From positions 55,261-119,260 of the forward strand of contig JASEGC010000001.1 of NCBI GenBank assembly GCA_030018415.1: a stretch of DNA of 64,000 nt. Direction: 5' to 3'. Shown piece after piece: positions 16,463-26,490 of this stretch. Both the position numbers and the translations under genes were made by a program. Under the pieces are notes generated by a model that was not told the DNA's origin, did not search any database, and saw only the letters and a program-made list of their open reading frames with translations. This DNA is from Candidatus Aenigmatarchaeota archaeon. GTDB taxonomy: Archaea; Aenigmatarchaeota; Aenigmatarchaeia; CG10238-14. Numbering within the stretch: position 1 is the first letter of the stretch; each line of letters starts with the position of its first letter.

Positions 16463-17977
16463 ATGCCAAACTTTACTGACGATGAAATAGCTGTATTAAA
16501 AAAACATGTTTCTAACGTTGACAAAGACATTTATGTGATATATAACCTTCCTCCTGAAGTCACAGCGGTACTATTTGCTTACGTCAGCAGAAGTCCTTTA
16601 AGTTTCAGAGAAAATCTGTTGAAATTAATCAAAAGAAAGGATTTGGATATGGGAAGATTGATCGATCTGTTCGGAAGTCAAGGGTTTGATTATACAGAAG
16701 CCAAAGAAAAAGCTAGACAATTTCACGAGAAATGGATCATTGGTTATGGTCATTCTTCAGTTGCCGAACATGCTATTGCATCTGTCGCAATAGAGAATGT
16801 TTCGATTTTAGCTACTAAAGTCATCGAAGACAATCGATTGGCCTCTTACACTGAAAAATCGACGCGTTATCAGATATTCGATAAGACTAGATACTACAGA
16901 CCAAAAAAAATAATGAATTCTTCTCATGGTAAATTGTTCGAAAAAACTTGCAATTATTTTTTTGATACTTATAACGAAATTATCTCAAGGATGATAGATT
17001 TCATGAAACAAAAGTATCCAAAACCAAAGGATATGGATGAAAAGTTTTATGAGAGCGTGAGCAAAGCTAGAGCGTGTGACATCGTCAGGTATATCTTACC
17101 TGCTGCTACTCTGACGAACTTAGCGATGACGGCTAATGCCAGGACTTTGGAACATACCATCACCAAGCTCTTATCGCATCCGCTAGATGAGGTGAGAGAC
17201 ATCGGGGAGTTATTGAAAGAAGAAGTGTCAAAAATCATCCCAACCTTGGTTAAGTATGCTGATTACAACACGTACATCAGCGGAACAAATCAAGCAATGG
17301 AAGAGTTGACAGAAAAGATCGTAAAATTCGATCGTGTTGTTGGAAATCAGCCAGTAACTCTAGTAGATTATGATCCTGAAGCAGAAGATAAGCTTGTAAC
17401 AGCAATACTCTATCGTTATTCTAAGTATCCGTTCAATCAAATCAGAAAGTTAGTCAAAAAGATGGATCAAAAGAGTAAAGAAAAAATTGTTGATGAATTC
17501 CTCAATCGAATGAATGAACATGATTGGCCGATGCGAGAGTTGGAACACATCTACTATACTTTTGATATCATGATCGATTACGGTGCTTTTCGTGATATTC
17601 AAAGGCATAGGATCTGTACACAGACTAATCAGGACTTAACAGTAGAACACGGCTACGACATACCTCAAGAAATAATAGATTTGGGGTTCAAGAAAAAATT
17701 TGATGATTGTATGAAAATGGCGAAAGAAGCTTTCAATGAGATTTCTAAAGAATTTCCTAAGGAAGCTCAATACGTTGTTCCGTTGGCTTTCAAGAAGCGT
17801 ACATTATTCACTTGGAACTTGCGTGAACTCCATCATTTCATCAAGCTGAGGAGTGGTAAAGAAGGGCATATCTCTTACCGAAGAATTGCTCAGAAAGTTT
17901 TTGATGAGTTGGAAAAAGTTCATCCATTGTTAGCACGCTATATTAGAGTTGACAAATCTATTGGAACTTCAAGGTGA
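16463..17977 (+). CDS. thyX: Flavin-dependent thymidylate synthase, tandem double-domain type
   Basis: YGHSSVAEH, EKSTRY, RDIQRHR, LRELHHFIKLRS. Confidence 0.9.
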   Translation: MPNFTDDEIAVLKKHVSNVDKDIYVIYNLPPEVTAVLFAYVSRSPLSFRENLLKLIKRKDLDMGRLIDLFGSQGFDYTEAKEKARQFHEKWIIGYGHSSVAEHAIASVAIENVSILATKVIEDNRLASYTEKSTRYQIFDKTRYYRPKKIMNSSHGKLFEKTCNYFFDTYNEIISRMIDFMKQKYPKPKDMDEKFYESVSKARACDIVRYILPAATLTNLAMTANARTLEHTITKLLSHPLDEVRDIGELLKEEVSKIIPTLVKYADYNTYISGTNQAMEELTEKIVKFDRVVGNQPVTLVDYDPEAEDKLVTAILYRYSKYPFNQIRKLVKKMDQKSKEKIVDEFLNRMNEHDWPMRELEHIYYTFDIMIDYGAFRDIQRHRICTQTNQDLTVEHGYDIPQEIIDLGFKKKFDDCMKMAKEAFNEISKEFPKEAQYVVPLAFKKRTLFTWNLRELHHFIKLRSGKEGHISYRRIAQKVFDELEKVHPLLARYIRVDKSIGTSR

Positions 17978-17981
17978 TAAA

Positions 17982-18482
17982 GTGGTTGTTTTGGGTTATG
18001 AAGAAATAAAAGAATTAATAAAATCAAAAAAACTTCTAGAAAATGTCGATGGGAATAACATACAACCTGCTGGCGTTGATCTGAGAGTTAAATGTATCTA
18101 CAGGCTGAAGAATGGGGGTTACATAGGAACAAAAAAAGGACAAAACCCAGAGGTGGAGAATATTTGTAATAAACTTGGAAATAAATTTACACTTAAACCG
18201 AATGAATTCGTACTCGTAGAAACTATGGAAAAAGTGAACATGCCCAATGATCTTTTAGCGATAATATTGCCGAGGAGTAGCCTGTTTAGGTGTGGCGTTA
18301 GTTTACACACAGCTGTAGTAGATCCTGGTTTCATAGGCACGTTAACGTTCGGGATGAAAAACTTAAGTGAACATCCCTTTGAAATAGAAATAGGATCAAA
18401 GATAGGGCAAATCGTTTTTGAAGTAGTAAAAGGAAATACCAAACTCTATGATGGAAAATACCAAGGGGGGAAGGTGACTTAA
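17982..18482 (+). CDS. dUTPase / dCTP deaminase family (trimeric)
   Basis: QPAGVDLR, PRSSLFR, VDPGF.G, YDGKYQ; SD AGGTGA before GTG 17982. Confidence 0.88.
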   Translation: MVVLGYEEIKELIKSKKLLENVDGNNIQPAGVDLRVKCIYRLKNGGYIGTKKGQNPEVENICNKLGNKFTLKPNEFVLVETMEKVNMPNDLLAIILPRSSLFRCGVSLHTAVVDPGFIGTLTFGMKNLSEHPFEIEIGSKIGQIVFEVVKGNTKLYDGKYQGGKVT

Positions 18483-19090
18483 TGCCTCTTATAGTTTTAG
18501 ACGGACTCGATGGCTCTGGAGGTTCGACACAAACAAATCTTCTGAAAAAATTTTTTGAGAAGAAAAACATTCCATATCTTTTTGTCAAATCACCTGAGTA
18601 TGGAACAGAAACAGGCCACTCAATCCGTGATTACCTCGATGGTAAAATAAAGTTGAAGCCAAAACAAGCATTCGTATTGTTTGCCACAGATGTGTTGAAT
18701 TCAGTGCCGATTATTAAAAAAGGTTTGGAAGAGAATAAAGTCGTTATTGCCGACCGTTACATCACTTCTACGATCGCTTATCAGTGCGCAAACGGTTATT
18801 CTTTTGAGAGCGCTTTGAATTTTGTAAAATTGCATGAATATCCTGAAGCTGACCTCATAATTTTTATCGACATCAAGCCAGAAACGAGCATGAAGAGAAA
18901 GTTGAAAGAACATGGAAGGTTGGACAGGCATGAAAAGGATTTAAATTTTTTAAGAAAAGTTAGAGAATTTTATTCAAAAGAAATCAAAGGAAATATTCTG
19001 GGTAGATGGGTTGTTGTAGATGGTGAGAAAAGCATAGAAGAAGTCCACAAAGATATTATAAATTCAATAAAACCATTATATCAAGAGTGA
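18482..19090 (+). CDS. tmk: Thymidylate kinase-like protein 2 (P-loop Lys replaced by Gly)
   Basis: DGLDGSGGST, LFATD, DRYITSTIAYQ, DRHE. Confidence 0.85.
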   Translation: MPLIVLDGLDGSGGSTQTNLLKKFFEKKNIPYLFVKSPEYGTETGHSIRDYLDGKIKLKPKQAFVLFATDVLNSVPIIKKGLEENKVVIADRYITSTIAYQCANGYSFESALNFVKLHEYPEADLIIFIDIKPETSMKRKLKEHGRLDRHEKDLNFLRKVREFYSKEIKGNILGRWVVVDGEKSIEEVHKDIINSIKPLYQE

Positions 19091-19611
19091 AAAGCATGAT
19101 AAACCAAAGGATTTCCAAGGATGAATACTATCTCCAAATTGCTAGAACAGTAGCTCAGAGATCTCCATGTATAAGACGCCAGTTTGGAGCGATCATAGTA
19201 AAGGATGATGTGATAGTCTCAACAGGATACAATGGACCTGCAAGAGGAGTGATAAACTGTACCGAGATCGGATGCTTGAAAGACGAGATGAACCTACCAC
19301 ATTACAGTGGATATGAACATTGCCCTGCCGTCCACTCAGAGGAAAACTGCATATTAAATGCAGCCAGACATGGAGCAAATGTTCTGAATGGAACAATGTT
19401 CATCTGCGGTCAAAACTTCAAGGATAAATCTATAACTGAGTCTAAACCATGCGAAAGATGTAAAAGAGCCATCATAAATGCGGGCATAAGAGAAGTGTTG
19501 ACGATGGATAAAAATGGAAAGATAACAAGATATGAGGTTAAAGATTGGGTTGAAGAAGATAGTAAAACTTATATAGATAAGTTGAGGGAGATAAAGAAAT
19601 TAAAAAAGTGA
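19087..19611 (+). CDS. dCMP deaminase
   Basis: RSPC.RR.FGA, STGYNG, VHSEEN, PCERC. Confidence 0.9.
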   Translation: MKSMINQRISKDEYYLQIARTVAQRSPCIRRQFGAIIVKDDVIVSTGYNGPARGVINCTEIGCLKDEMNLPHYSGYEHCPAVHSEENCILNAARHGANVLNGTMFICGQNFKDKSITESKPCERCKRAIINAGIREVLTMDKNGKITRYEVKDWVEEDSKTYIDKLREIKKLKK

Positions 19612-19615
19612 TTTC

Positions 19616-20131
19616 ATGGCACTAAGACCTGGAAGAACTGTGAGAAAACTTGAAAGACCTTACACTAGAATATCGAAGAAAAAACCTAGAAAAAGTTATA
19701 TAGTCGGTGTTCCTTACTCTAGAATACACATTTTTGAGATGGGCAATAGAAACAAAGAATTCGATACCAACGTTTGGTTGGTAGCTGAAAAATCAGTTCA
19801 GATTAGAGATAATGCTTTAGAATCAGCAAGGGTTGTTTCAAACAAGTTTTTGGAAAGGGAACTCGGTTCAGACAACTATTTCATGAAAGTTCTTGTTTTT
19901 CCTCACCATGTTTTACGCGAGCATGCTCTTGCCACTGGAGCAGGAGCAGATAGGTTCTCCAGCGGAATGAGGCATTCTTTTGGGAAGCCGAGTGGAAGGG
20001 CTGTACAGATAAGGAAGGGTCAGGAAATATTCGTGTTGAAAGTTGATAAGAAGGATATAGCAGTCGCAAGAAAAGCATTGAAGAGAGCTGATTCAAAGTT
20101 GTCGACTACTTGTAGGATAAAGGTTGAATGA
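19616..20131 (+). CDS. rpl10e: 50S ribosomal protein L10e (uL16)
   Basis: QIRDNALESAR, GAGADR.SSGMR.SFGKP. Confidence 0.97.
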   Translation: MALRPGRTVRKLERPYTRISKKKPRKSYIVGVPYSRIHIFEMGNRNKEFDTNVWLVAEKSVQIRDNALESARVVSNKFLERELGSDNYFMKVLVFPHHVLREHALATGAGADRFSSGMRHSFGKPSGRAVQIRKGQEIFVLKVDKKDIAVARKALKRADSKLSTTCRIKVE

Positions 20132-20144
20132 TTATTGTAGTTAG

Positions 20145-21104
20145 TTAAACTTTATTCCATATGAACTTGAAGATTTTTACAATAATCTTAAACGCAACGA
20201 ATATTGGCACCAGAACTATAATCGCATATATTATCCATACGATTATCTTTACGAATATGACTATCGGTATAGTTATCAAGTCCGTCCCAGCGTTGGTGAC
20301 ATCTCTTACGCTATTCCTCAGCTTTGACCTTAATTCCCTACCTAGATCTTCAGGCATGAGCTCTATCTTCTTTTCTTGAGTGAGGGTTATACTTAAACTG
20401 GCGTGTTTTGCTTGTTTTTCGACTTGCTCAACGGAGTAACCGTGTTGTCTCAACATCCTCACCACATCTAATTTTCTTTGTGTGATTTTCATGGCAAGTT
20501 CAATGCTGGATTCAGTAACATTCATTGCCTCTGTTCTTTGTAAAAATTTATCGTATACACTCAATGCCATTTGCAATATCTGTATCTCATCTAGTTGTTG
20601 TTCTACAGTCACCCTGTAAAGTTCTAAGTTAGCGTTCTTGACATCGAAGTTTTTCATCAGCCAATCAGCGAATGAATCAAAGTTTTCAAACGGAATTTTC
20701 AAGTTTGTCGTTATAGATATCTGTCTGTAGTCTTCATTCCTACTTACAGTTTCAACCCAACCGTTAAATGATTCTGCTTTTTGACGTATTTTCTCGTAAT
20801 CTGAATTGGCATCGGTTGATTTTATGTTAGCTGAACCTTTCTTGACTTGATACTCAGTAGGTTTTGATAGTATTTCTCCAGTTTTTTGCTCTATTTGTTG
20901 CTCATAAGCAGTTTTACTTATACCTGTCAAAGGAGCATAAGCAGGAGCAGGAGCATATTCTGAGATACCCATACGAGCAGAATACAATCCTCCTATGAAA
21001 GTATAGGAAATTACACCAACAATGACTAGTATGACAAAAACAGTTAAGAATATGATTTTGTGCTTCTTTATCAAAGATACAATGCCTTCAATTTCTTTTT
21101 TCAA
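20145..21104 (-). CDS. DUF4349-like membrane protein
   Basis: N- and C-terminal TM helices, coiled coil, GWVE...LKIP..NF. Confidence 0.65.
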   Translation of the reverse strand: MKKEIEGIVSLIKKHKIIFLTVFVILVIVGVISYTFIGGLYSARMGISEYAPAPAYAPLTGISKTAYEQQIEQKTGEILSKPTEYQVKKGSANIKSTDANSDYEKIRQKAESFNGWVETVSRNEDYRQISITTNLKIPFENFDSFADWLMKNFDVKNANLELYRVTVEQQLDEIQILQMALSVYDKFLQRTEAMNVTESSIELAMKITQRKLDVVRMLRQHGYSVEQVEKQAKHASLSITLTQEKKIELMPEDLGRELRSKLRNSVRDVTNAGTDLITIPIVIFVKIIVWIIYAIIVLVPIFVAFKIIVKIFKFIWNKV

Positions 21105-21215
21105 TTTTTGTACCTCTAGTAATTAGTATTTCAAAAGCGGGTTAATAAATCTATCTAAAATTACTTAATCAGACTTCCAACTTTCCCAAATTCTTCTCCA
21201 TTTATGATATTTGAT

Positions 21216-22721
21216 TCATATAACTTTTCCCAGTGCATCTAATTTTTCTCCCTTTAAAAATCTCTTTAAAACATCGCTTAATTCTGAAATTTTAACTCTA
21301 ATTTGTTTCATCGTATCTCTTTCTCTCAGTGTAATCGTAGAATCTTCTAATGTTTGATAATCAATCGTAAGAGCCCCGAAAGTCCCTATCTCATCTGCTC
21401 TGGCGTATCTTCGTCCAATCGATCCAGAAAAATCAAAATAAACATCAAACTCTTTCTTAAGAATCTCATAAATTTCTTTAGCTTTTTCTAGCAACCCATC
21501 TTTGTTAACTAGTGAAAAAATTGCAAAATGATAAGGTGCGATTTTAGACGGAAATGCAAACCATGACCAACCTCGATCTTTTCCTTCTCGAAAACAATGT
21601 AATAATATACCTGCAATCGTTCTTTCAATACCGAAGGAGGGTTCCATTACATGACTAATAATTTTTCTTCCATCATCTGTTAAAACTGTCAAATCTTTTT
21701 TAGAAAACTTCATGTGTTTTTTCAGATCATAATCAGTTCTATATGCATTACCAACAGTTTCTTTCCAACCGAAGTCAAATTTTATCTCTAGATCGAAGTT
21801 GCCGCAACTGTAATGTGGCGTTTCTTCTGGCAACATATGCCTGAATCTTAACGCATCAGAAGGAATGCCCAAAGATTTGTAAAATTCAAATTCCTTCACC
21901 AAAAAATAAACCATCCATTCATTAGGAACAATTTTCTTTTTTATTGCTTCTTCGGCTGTAATGGTTATCGGTTCTTTCTTTTTCTTCTGTGCCTCTCTCG
22001 TGAATACCGTTATTTTCTTGTCCTTCACTTCATCAAACTTGAGACATTTTGGATGTTTAGGATCGATGAACATCTCTATTTCCATTTGATTGAATTCTCT
22101 TACTCTCACGACGAAATGTCTTGGCGATATCTCGTTCCTGAATGACCTTCCCACTTGAGCTACGCCAAAAGGCAACCTAGACCTAGCAACACGGAGAAGT
22201 CTTTGGAAAGAAGTGAAAATGTTCTGAGCAGTCTCTGGCCTTAGATAAGCGGGTTTGCCACCGACAGGACTTATCTCTGTCTTGAGCATTAAGTTGAACA
22301 ACCTAACGTCGCTCAATTCACCACCACAGTTAGGACATTTTACATTCTTCTCCTTGATTATTTTTGATAACTCATTAACAGGTTTTCCTTCGACAAACAT
22401 ACCAGTCTTTTCTTGTATAAGGTCATCTGCTCTGTGGATACTCTTACATTTTTTACATTGAGTGATAGGATCAACGAAACTTTTGAGATGTCCGGATGCG
22501 ATGAACACCTTCTCGGGTAAAACGGTACAACCATCCATCTCGAATATGTTATCCTCTGACTTAACGAAGAATTCCCTCCAATAATCTATGAGTTTTCTCT
22601 TCAGTAAAGTGCCAACAGGACCATAATCGAAAAACCCAGACATAATCGAGTAGATTTCTGCAGTTGGATAGATGATACCCCTGTTAAGACATATTCTTTG
22701 GATTTCTTCCATCTTTGACAT
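21216..22721 (-). CDS. glyS: Glycine--tRNA ligase (alpha2 type)
   Basis: LRPETAQ, FRNEISPR, REFNQMEIE, EPSFGIER, GSIGRRYARADEIG. Confidence 0.97.
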   Translation of the reverse strand: MSKMEEIQRICLNRGIIYPTAEIYSIMSGFFDYGPVGTLLKRKLIDYWREFFVKSEDNIFEMDGCTVLPEKVFIASGHLKSFVDPITQCKKCKSIHRADDLIQEKTGMFVEGKPVNELSKIIKEKNVKCPNCGGELSDVRLFNLMLKTEISPVGGKPAYLRPETAQNIFTSFQRLLRVARSRLPFGVAQVGRSFRNEISPRHFVVRVREFNQMEIEMFIDPKHPKCLKFDEVKDKKITVFTREAQKKKKEPITITAEEAIKKKIVPNEWMVYFLVKEFEFYKSLGIPSDALRFRHMLPEETPHYSCGNFDLEIKFDFGWKETVGNAYRTDYDLKKHMKFSKKDLTVLTDDGRKIISHVMEPSFGIERTIAGILLHCFREGKDRGWSWFAFPSKIAPYHFAIFSLVNKDGLLEKAKEIYEILKKEFDVYFDFSGSIGRRYARADEIGTFGALTIDYQTLEDSTITLRERDTMKQIRVKISELSDVLKRFLKGEKLDALGKVI

Positions 22722-22769
22722 GATATCAATTTTAGTTTATCAATAACAAAAATTTATCTTATTCAGATT

Positions 22770-22958
22770 TTATGAAAGGACCTTCAGTATCTTCGATTTA
22801 ATTATGCTCATTCCGCCGGTTGCCCTCGCTAGAATATTACCACAAACAAGGCATTTTACGTCAGCTGAAGCCTTATTGAATATTATCTGCTCGTTCTTAC
22901 ATGTGAAACATTGAACTTTAAGAAACTTACTTTTAGGTTGTTTTATTAGTTCTCTCAT
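22770..22958 (-). CDS. rps27e: 30S ribosomal protein S27e
   Basis: PKSKFLKVQC..C.NEQIIF...C..CG..LA..TGG. Confidence 0.95.
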   Translation of the reverse strand: MRELIKQPKSKFLKVQCFTCKNEQIIFNKASADVKCLVCGNILARATGGMSIIKSKILKVLS

Positions 22959-22975
22959 GAGATCAACTCCATAAA

Positions 22976-23257
22976 TCATGTTTTGACTAATTCAAATTTT
23001 TTTATTCTAAAACCTTGTCCTTTCGTGTGTTTTTTCCCACATTCTTTACATTTGTATCTTAAGTCGAGTTTTTTGGTCGCTTTCTCATACTCGGGCTTCG
23101 GTCTTGGGAAGCTACCATACCCCTTCAATTTTTTTCTGAATCTTCTCTCACCTTGTCTCATCTTACCTCTAGGTTTTTTCTTAACCTGTTCAACGGGATG
23201 TTCGGTATGCCGCTTGCAGTACTTGCAGTAAATTCTAACTTCCTTTGGGAACTTCAT
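22976..23257 (-). CDS. rpl44e: 50S ribosomal protein L44e (eL42)
   Basis: MKFPK...YC.YC.RHT.H...KATKK.DLRYKC.ECGK. Confidence 0.95.
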   Translation of the reverse strand: MKFPKEVRIYCKYCKRHTEHPVEQVKKKPRGKMRQGERRFRKKLKGYGSFPRPKPEYEKATKKLDLRYKCKECGKKHTKGQGFRIKKFELVKT

Positions 23258-23310
23258 ATTAATACCTTTCAATGTTTCTTTCTTATATTAAGGGAATAGA
23301 TTTTTAAATT

Positions 23311-23530
23311 CTGCTTACTTGGTTGAATTTCCACCTTACCTTCTTTTTTTAGTTTACATAAATGTTCTCTTACTCTATGTCCTGGTTTTCTGTTTAATTT
23401 TTTGGCTAATTCACAAACACCTAAAGGTCCTTCTTATTCCGAGTAAATTGGCTAATTTTCTTTCACTACCTGCAAATTTTACAGAATATTCAAAAAGTTT
23501 TTATAACTGGGTTTTTAATTTTCACATAAA
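23311..23530 (-). pseudogene. Decayed remnant of HTH/LAGLIDADG-endonuclease-like gene
   Basis: Frameshifted pieces VYVKIKNPVI / KLFEYSVKFAGSERKLANLLGI and GPLGVCELAKKLNRKPGHRVREHLCKLKKEGKV (wHTH). Confidence 0.45.
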
Positions 23531-23656
23531 CTCTCCAGTTGAATAAATCCCACAATTCTATTTTCATTATCACTACATTTATTATCTACACAATGAATAT
23601 AATCAACTTTTTGGAGGAGTAAAGTTGGGATGAACAATAGAAAAACGGGTAAAATG

Positions 23657-24193
23657 CTATTTTTTATAACTCTTTACCTTTCCCACTTTTTTCAATAATT
23701 TAGCATTATCTTTCGGGATATCAGCCACGTCTCCTTTCTTGAACGGGCCATAACTCTTCATGTCAGCACCTATGAAATCCTCCACGTCTTCAATGAATTC
23801 AACTGACTCGAAATCTTCTTCTTTAGTTTTTTTCAACAACTTATTTAAAACCATCTCTCTTTGGGTTCTTAACATGTTGACTGCCGATTCAAAAAATTCT
23901 TTTTCTTCTTCTATAAGGTTTTGAGGTGGTATGCCAGTTCTGGCTGCTATTATAGCATGGTTGATGATCTTTGTCTCTCTCCTGTTGTAAACATCTTCCA
24001 AGAGCATTTCTACATTCTTAACTTCTAGTGAAGCAGCTCTGTCTCTTTGTTTTTCTGATAACTTTCTTTTCTGTTCTAGATAATCCTTGGCTTTCTTGTA
24101 GAAATCTTCTGGTATTTTTGAAAGCTTGGGCTCTCTCTGCTCATCCCTCTGCACTTTTCTTATAAACTCAAAAGTTATAGGTTCTTCTGGCAT
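23657..24193 (-). CDS. GINS complex subunit (Gins51/Gins15-like)
   Basis: LSKIPEDFY...RRETKII...NL..EE..FF; C-terminal FIGADMK.YGPFKKGD. Confidence 0.85.
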   Translation of the reverse strand: MPEEPITFEFIRKVQRDEQREPKLSKIPEDFYKKAKDYLEQKRKLSEKQRDRAASLEVKNVEMLLEDVYNRRETKIINHAIIAARTGIPPQNLIEEEKEFFESAVNMLRTQREMVLNKLLKKTKEEDFESVEFIEDVEDFIGADMKSYGPFKKGDVADIPKDNAKLLKKVGKVKSYKK

Positions 24194-24265
24194 ACAATAG
24201 AAAATAAGGATTAAAAATTAAAATACATTATGAAAATCGATTAAAAGTCTGCTTTAATTTAAGTA

Positions 24266-24290
24266 TGCGGAGGTGGGATTTGAACTCATG
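24266..24290 (-). repeat. Isolated tRNA 3'-end fragment (Leu-like T arm + acceptor strand); possible att remnant
   Basis: Minus strand reads CATGAGTTCAAATCCCACCTCCGCA. No 5' half or anticodon arm upstream. Confidence 0.65.
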
Positions 24291-24774
24291 TATCTTTTCT
24301 CTTCATCTCTAAAAGGATACTTTGACTTATTGGTTTTTCGAGATATTTATAAACTTGTTCTAAAGTTTTACCTTCAAAATCTAGCAACTTACCTGATTTA
24401 AAAATGCCTATACTAATCGATCCATTTTTTTCAAATATTTTTATATCTGTAATGGAAATAGCGCATTTTTTACTAGACTTATCTTTAAAACAAAATTCTG
24501 TATCACCATGGTATACTTTAGAACCATCAACAATCCCTTCATTTAATAAACGGGGTAATACTTCTGAATGAATGAACTTCCTAAGTTGGTATGGTTTATA
24601 TCTTTTGACTTCCGTGTTTGAAGCATATGATACAACTGATGTTAATTTAAAACCCATTTTTTCTAGTTGCTGGATTGCTGGTATTTTATTAAAATCTTTT
24701 GGCAAAAATGTCTCTAACTGGGAATACAATTGTTCTAAGAAATTATTTTTTCCCAAACTTAGTTGATATGCCAT
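24286..24774 (-). CDS. Hypothetical orphan protein
   Basis: 162-aa ORF, AT-rich; stop codon lies inside the tRNA fragment. Confidence 0.55.
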   Translation of the reverse strand: MAYQLSLGKNNFLEQLYSQLETFLPKDFNKIPAIQQLEKMGFKLTSVVSYASNTEVKRYKPYQLRKFIHSEVLPRLLNEGIVDGSKVYHGDTEFCFKDKSSKKCAISITDIKIFEKNGSISIGIFKSGKLLDFEGKTLEQVYKYLEKPISQSILLEMKRKDT

Positions 24775-24804
24775 TTAATACTTTAAGTTAAAACAATGAA
24801 AGAT

Positions 24805-26097
24805 TTATTGTTTTCTCTTCATCTTCCTGAAAGGATAATTCACAGGATTTTTTATCGTAATTTTTTCTGTTCCCCCCTTGCATACTTCATCCGGCAAACA
24901 AACATTAAAATCAAGATAAAAGTTCTGATTGTCACAGTTAGGAGGCAATAAGTTCCTTCTCTGTCTTACATGCCATCTAAGCTGAGTTCTTATGTATCTT
25001 TCAAGCAAAGGCGGTGTATTCTTCTTGTTCCATTCTATCATCTCTTTCTCGATCTTCTCCCATTTCCATCCCATGTTTCTCAGGAAATTTGGTAGTATAA
25101 AGACTGATCTCTTTCTTCCGTCTGAAAGTCCGTTCAAGCATTTCAAAATACAAGGTGGGAAGAATTTTTCACTTATTTCTCTAATAATCCTTTTCGGGCC
25201 GGTGTAAGGGACTTTCTCTTCTGTTATACCATGCCTTTCTGACCAGTCTAAAGCTTCAACAACCAATGAGTTAGCATCTTTTAAGTCTATTCTGCGATCT
25301 AAAAACTTATCCACCACTTTCACTCTTAGTGGATCAGCATCTTCTTTTTTTATCTTATCCAACTTTGAAAACTCGACGGGTAAACTGACCAACAAACTTT
25401 TTTCATGTAAGCTGTAAGGCAGGCGGAACATATGCCTAGAAGCAACCAGCATCGAATCTATCTGAACTATTTTAAGTGGATCTAGACCATCCTTGTCAGT
25501 TATCTCAGTTATCGATTTCTTTAATCTTTCTGCGATGGATAATGGGTTATCCAGGGCTAAAATATCTTCTTTCAACTGATCTCTGATGTAATCCTTTAAG
25601 TACTCTATTATTTTCTGTGGTAGGTCTGGGTAGAGCAGCTCAGTCTTCTGAAAATTTATTTTTTCTGGGAATGCCTCGAATGGAATGCCTACATGGAATG
25701 AATTTCCTCCAGTCAGTTTTATAGAATAGTTTTTGATGCCATGATCTCTCAACGCTTCAACCACCAATTTAGTTGCTAGCTTGGCAATCTCGAAATCAGG
25801 AACATCGATATCAATTATCAGATCCCAACCTATCCTCAATCTATCTAATTCTGGTTTTATCATACCTGATTGTAATGCCATCGGGTTGGACCATCTTTCG
25901 ACTGATCCATGAAAAGAAACGACCCCCTCCTTAACCATCTCAAGAATATCATTAGGATAAATTAACATATTCGGCCTCTTACCAAAATTTTCGTTAGAAA
26001 AAACTCCGACTACTTCTCTGTATTTAGCTACCTCCAGTAAAGCTTCCTGCACATCTTTTCTTGAGTAATAATTCCAAACCGGGGAGAAATTTTTCAT
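24805..26097 (-). CDS. Fused DNA primase (PriS-PriL, DPANN type)
   Basis: GWDLIIDID and TGGNSFH AEP motifs fused to FPPCI...PPNC...C.PD..C...KNPVNY Fe-S domain. Confidence 0.88.
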   Translation of the reverse strand: MKNFSPVWNYYSRKDVQEALLEVAKYREVVGVFSNENFGKRPNMLIYPNDILEMVKEGVVSFHGSVERWSNPMALQSGMIKPELDRLRIGWDLIIDIDVPDFEIAKLATKLVVEALRDHGIKNYSIKLTGGNSFHVGIPFEAFPEKINFQKTELLYPDLPQKIIEYLKDYIRDQLKEDILALDNPLSIAERLKKSITEITDKDGLDPLKIVQIDSMLVASRHMFRLPYSLHEKSLLVSLPVEFSKLDKIKKEDADPLRVKVVDKFLDRRIDLKDANSLVVEALDWSERHGITEEKVPYTGPKRIIREISEKFFPPCILKCLNGLSDGRKRSVFILPNFLRNMGWKWEKIEKEMIEWNKKNTPPLLERYIRTQLRWHVRQRRNLLPPNCDNQNFYLDFNVCLPDEVCKGGTEKITIKNPVNYPFRKMKRKQ

Positions 26098-26191
26098 AAG
26101 TCTATATTGTCCTTAAAAAAATTAATCTTTCCACAACAACGAAATAACGAAAATTTAAATTCTTGAAACCTTTAAGTTTGTAGGTGTATCA

Positions 26192-26449
26192 ATGGGACAG
26201 ATAAAAAACTTGACTATCAAGAACATGGCAAGGAATTTGATAGAGAAATATCCAGATAAATTCACGACTGATTATGAGAAGAATAAGGAAGAAATGGAAA
26301 AGTTAGTTATCCTGGAATCTAAAAAGATTAGAAACATGATTGCTGGTTATATCGTTCATATCATAAGAAAAAGAAGCAGGCCCCAAAAATTTGAGGTTTC
26401 TTATCAAGTTAAACAGGTTGATAGAAGAAGGAGACAAAGGAGACGTTAA
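26192..26449 (+). CDS. rps17e: 30S ribosomal protein S17e
   Basis: MG.IK...IK..A..L.EKY...FT.DYE.NK...SKKIRN.IAGY. Confidence 0.95.
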   Translation: MGQIKNLTIKNMARNLIEKYPDKFTTDYEKNKEEMEKLVILESKKIRNMIAGYIVHIIRKRSRPQKFEVSYQVKQVDRRRRQRRR

Positions 26450-26490
26450 TCCTTGAATAAAAATCAATTTAAATATCGTAATTTAATAAC

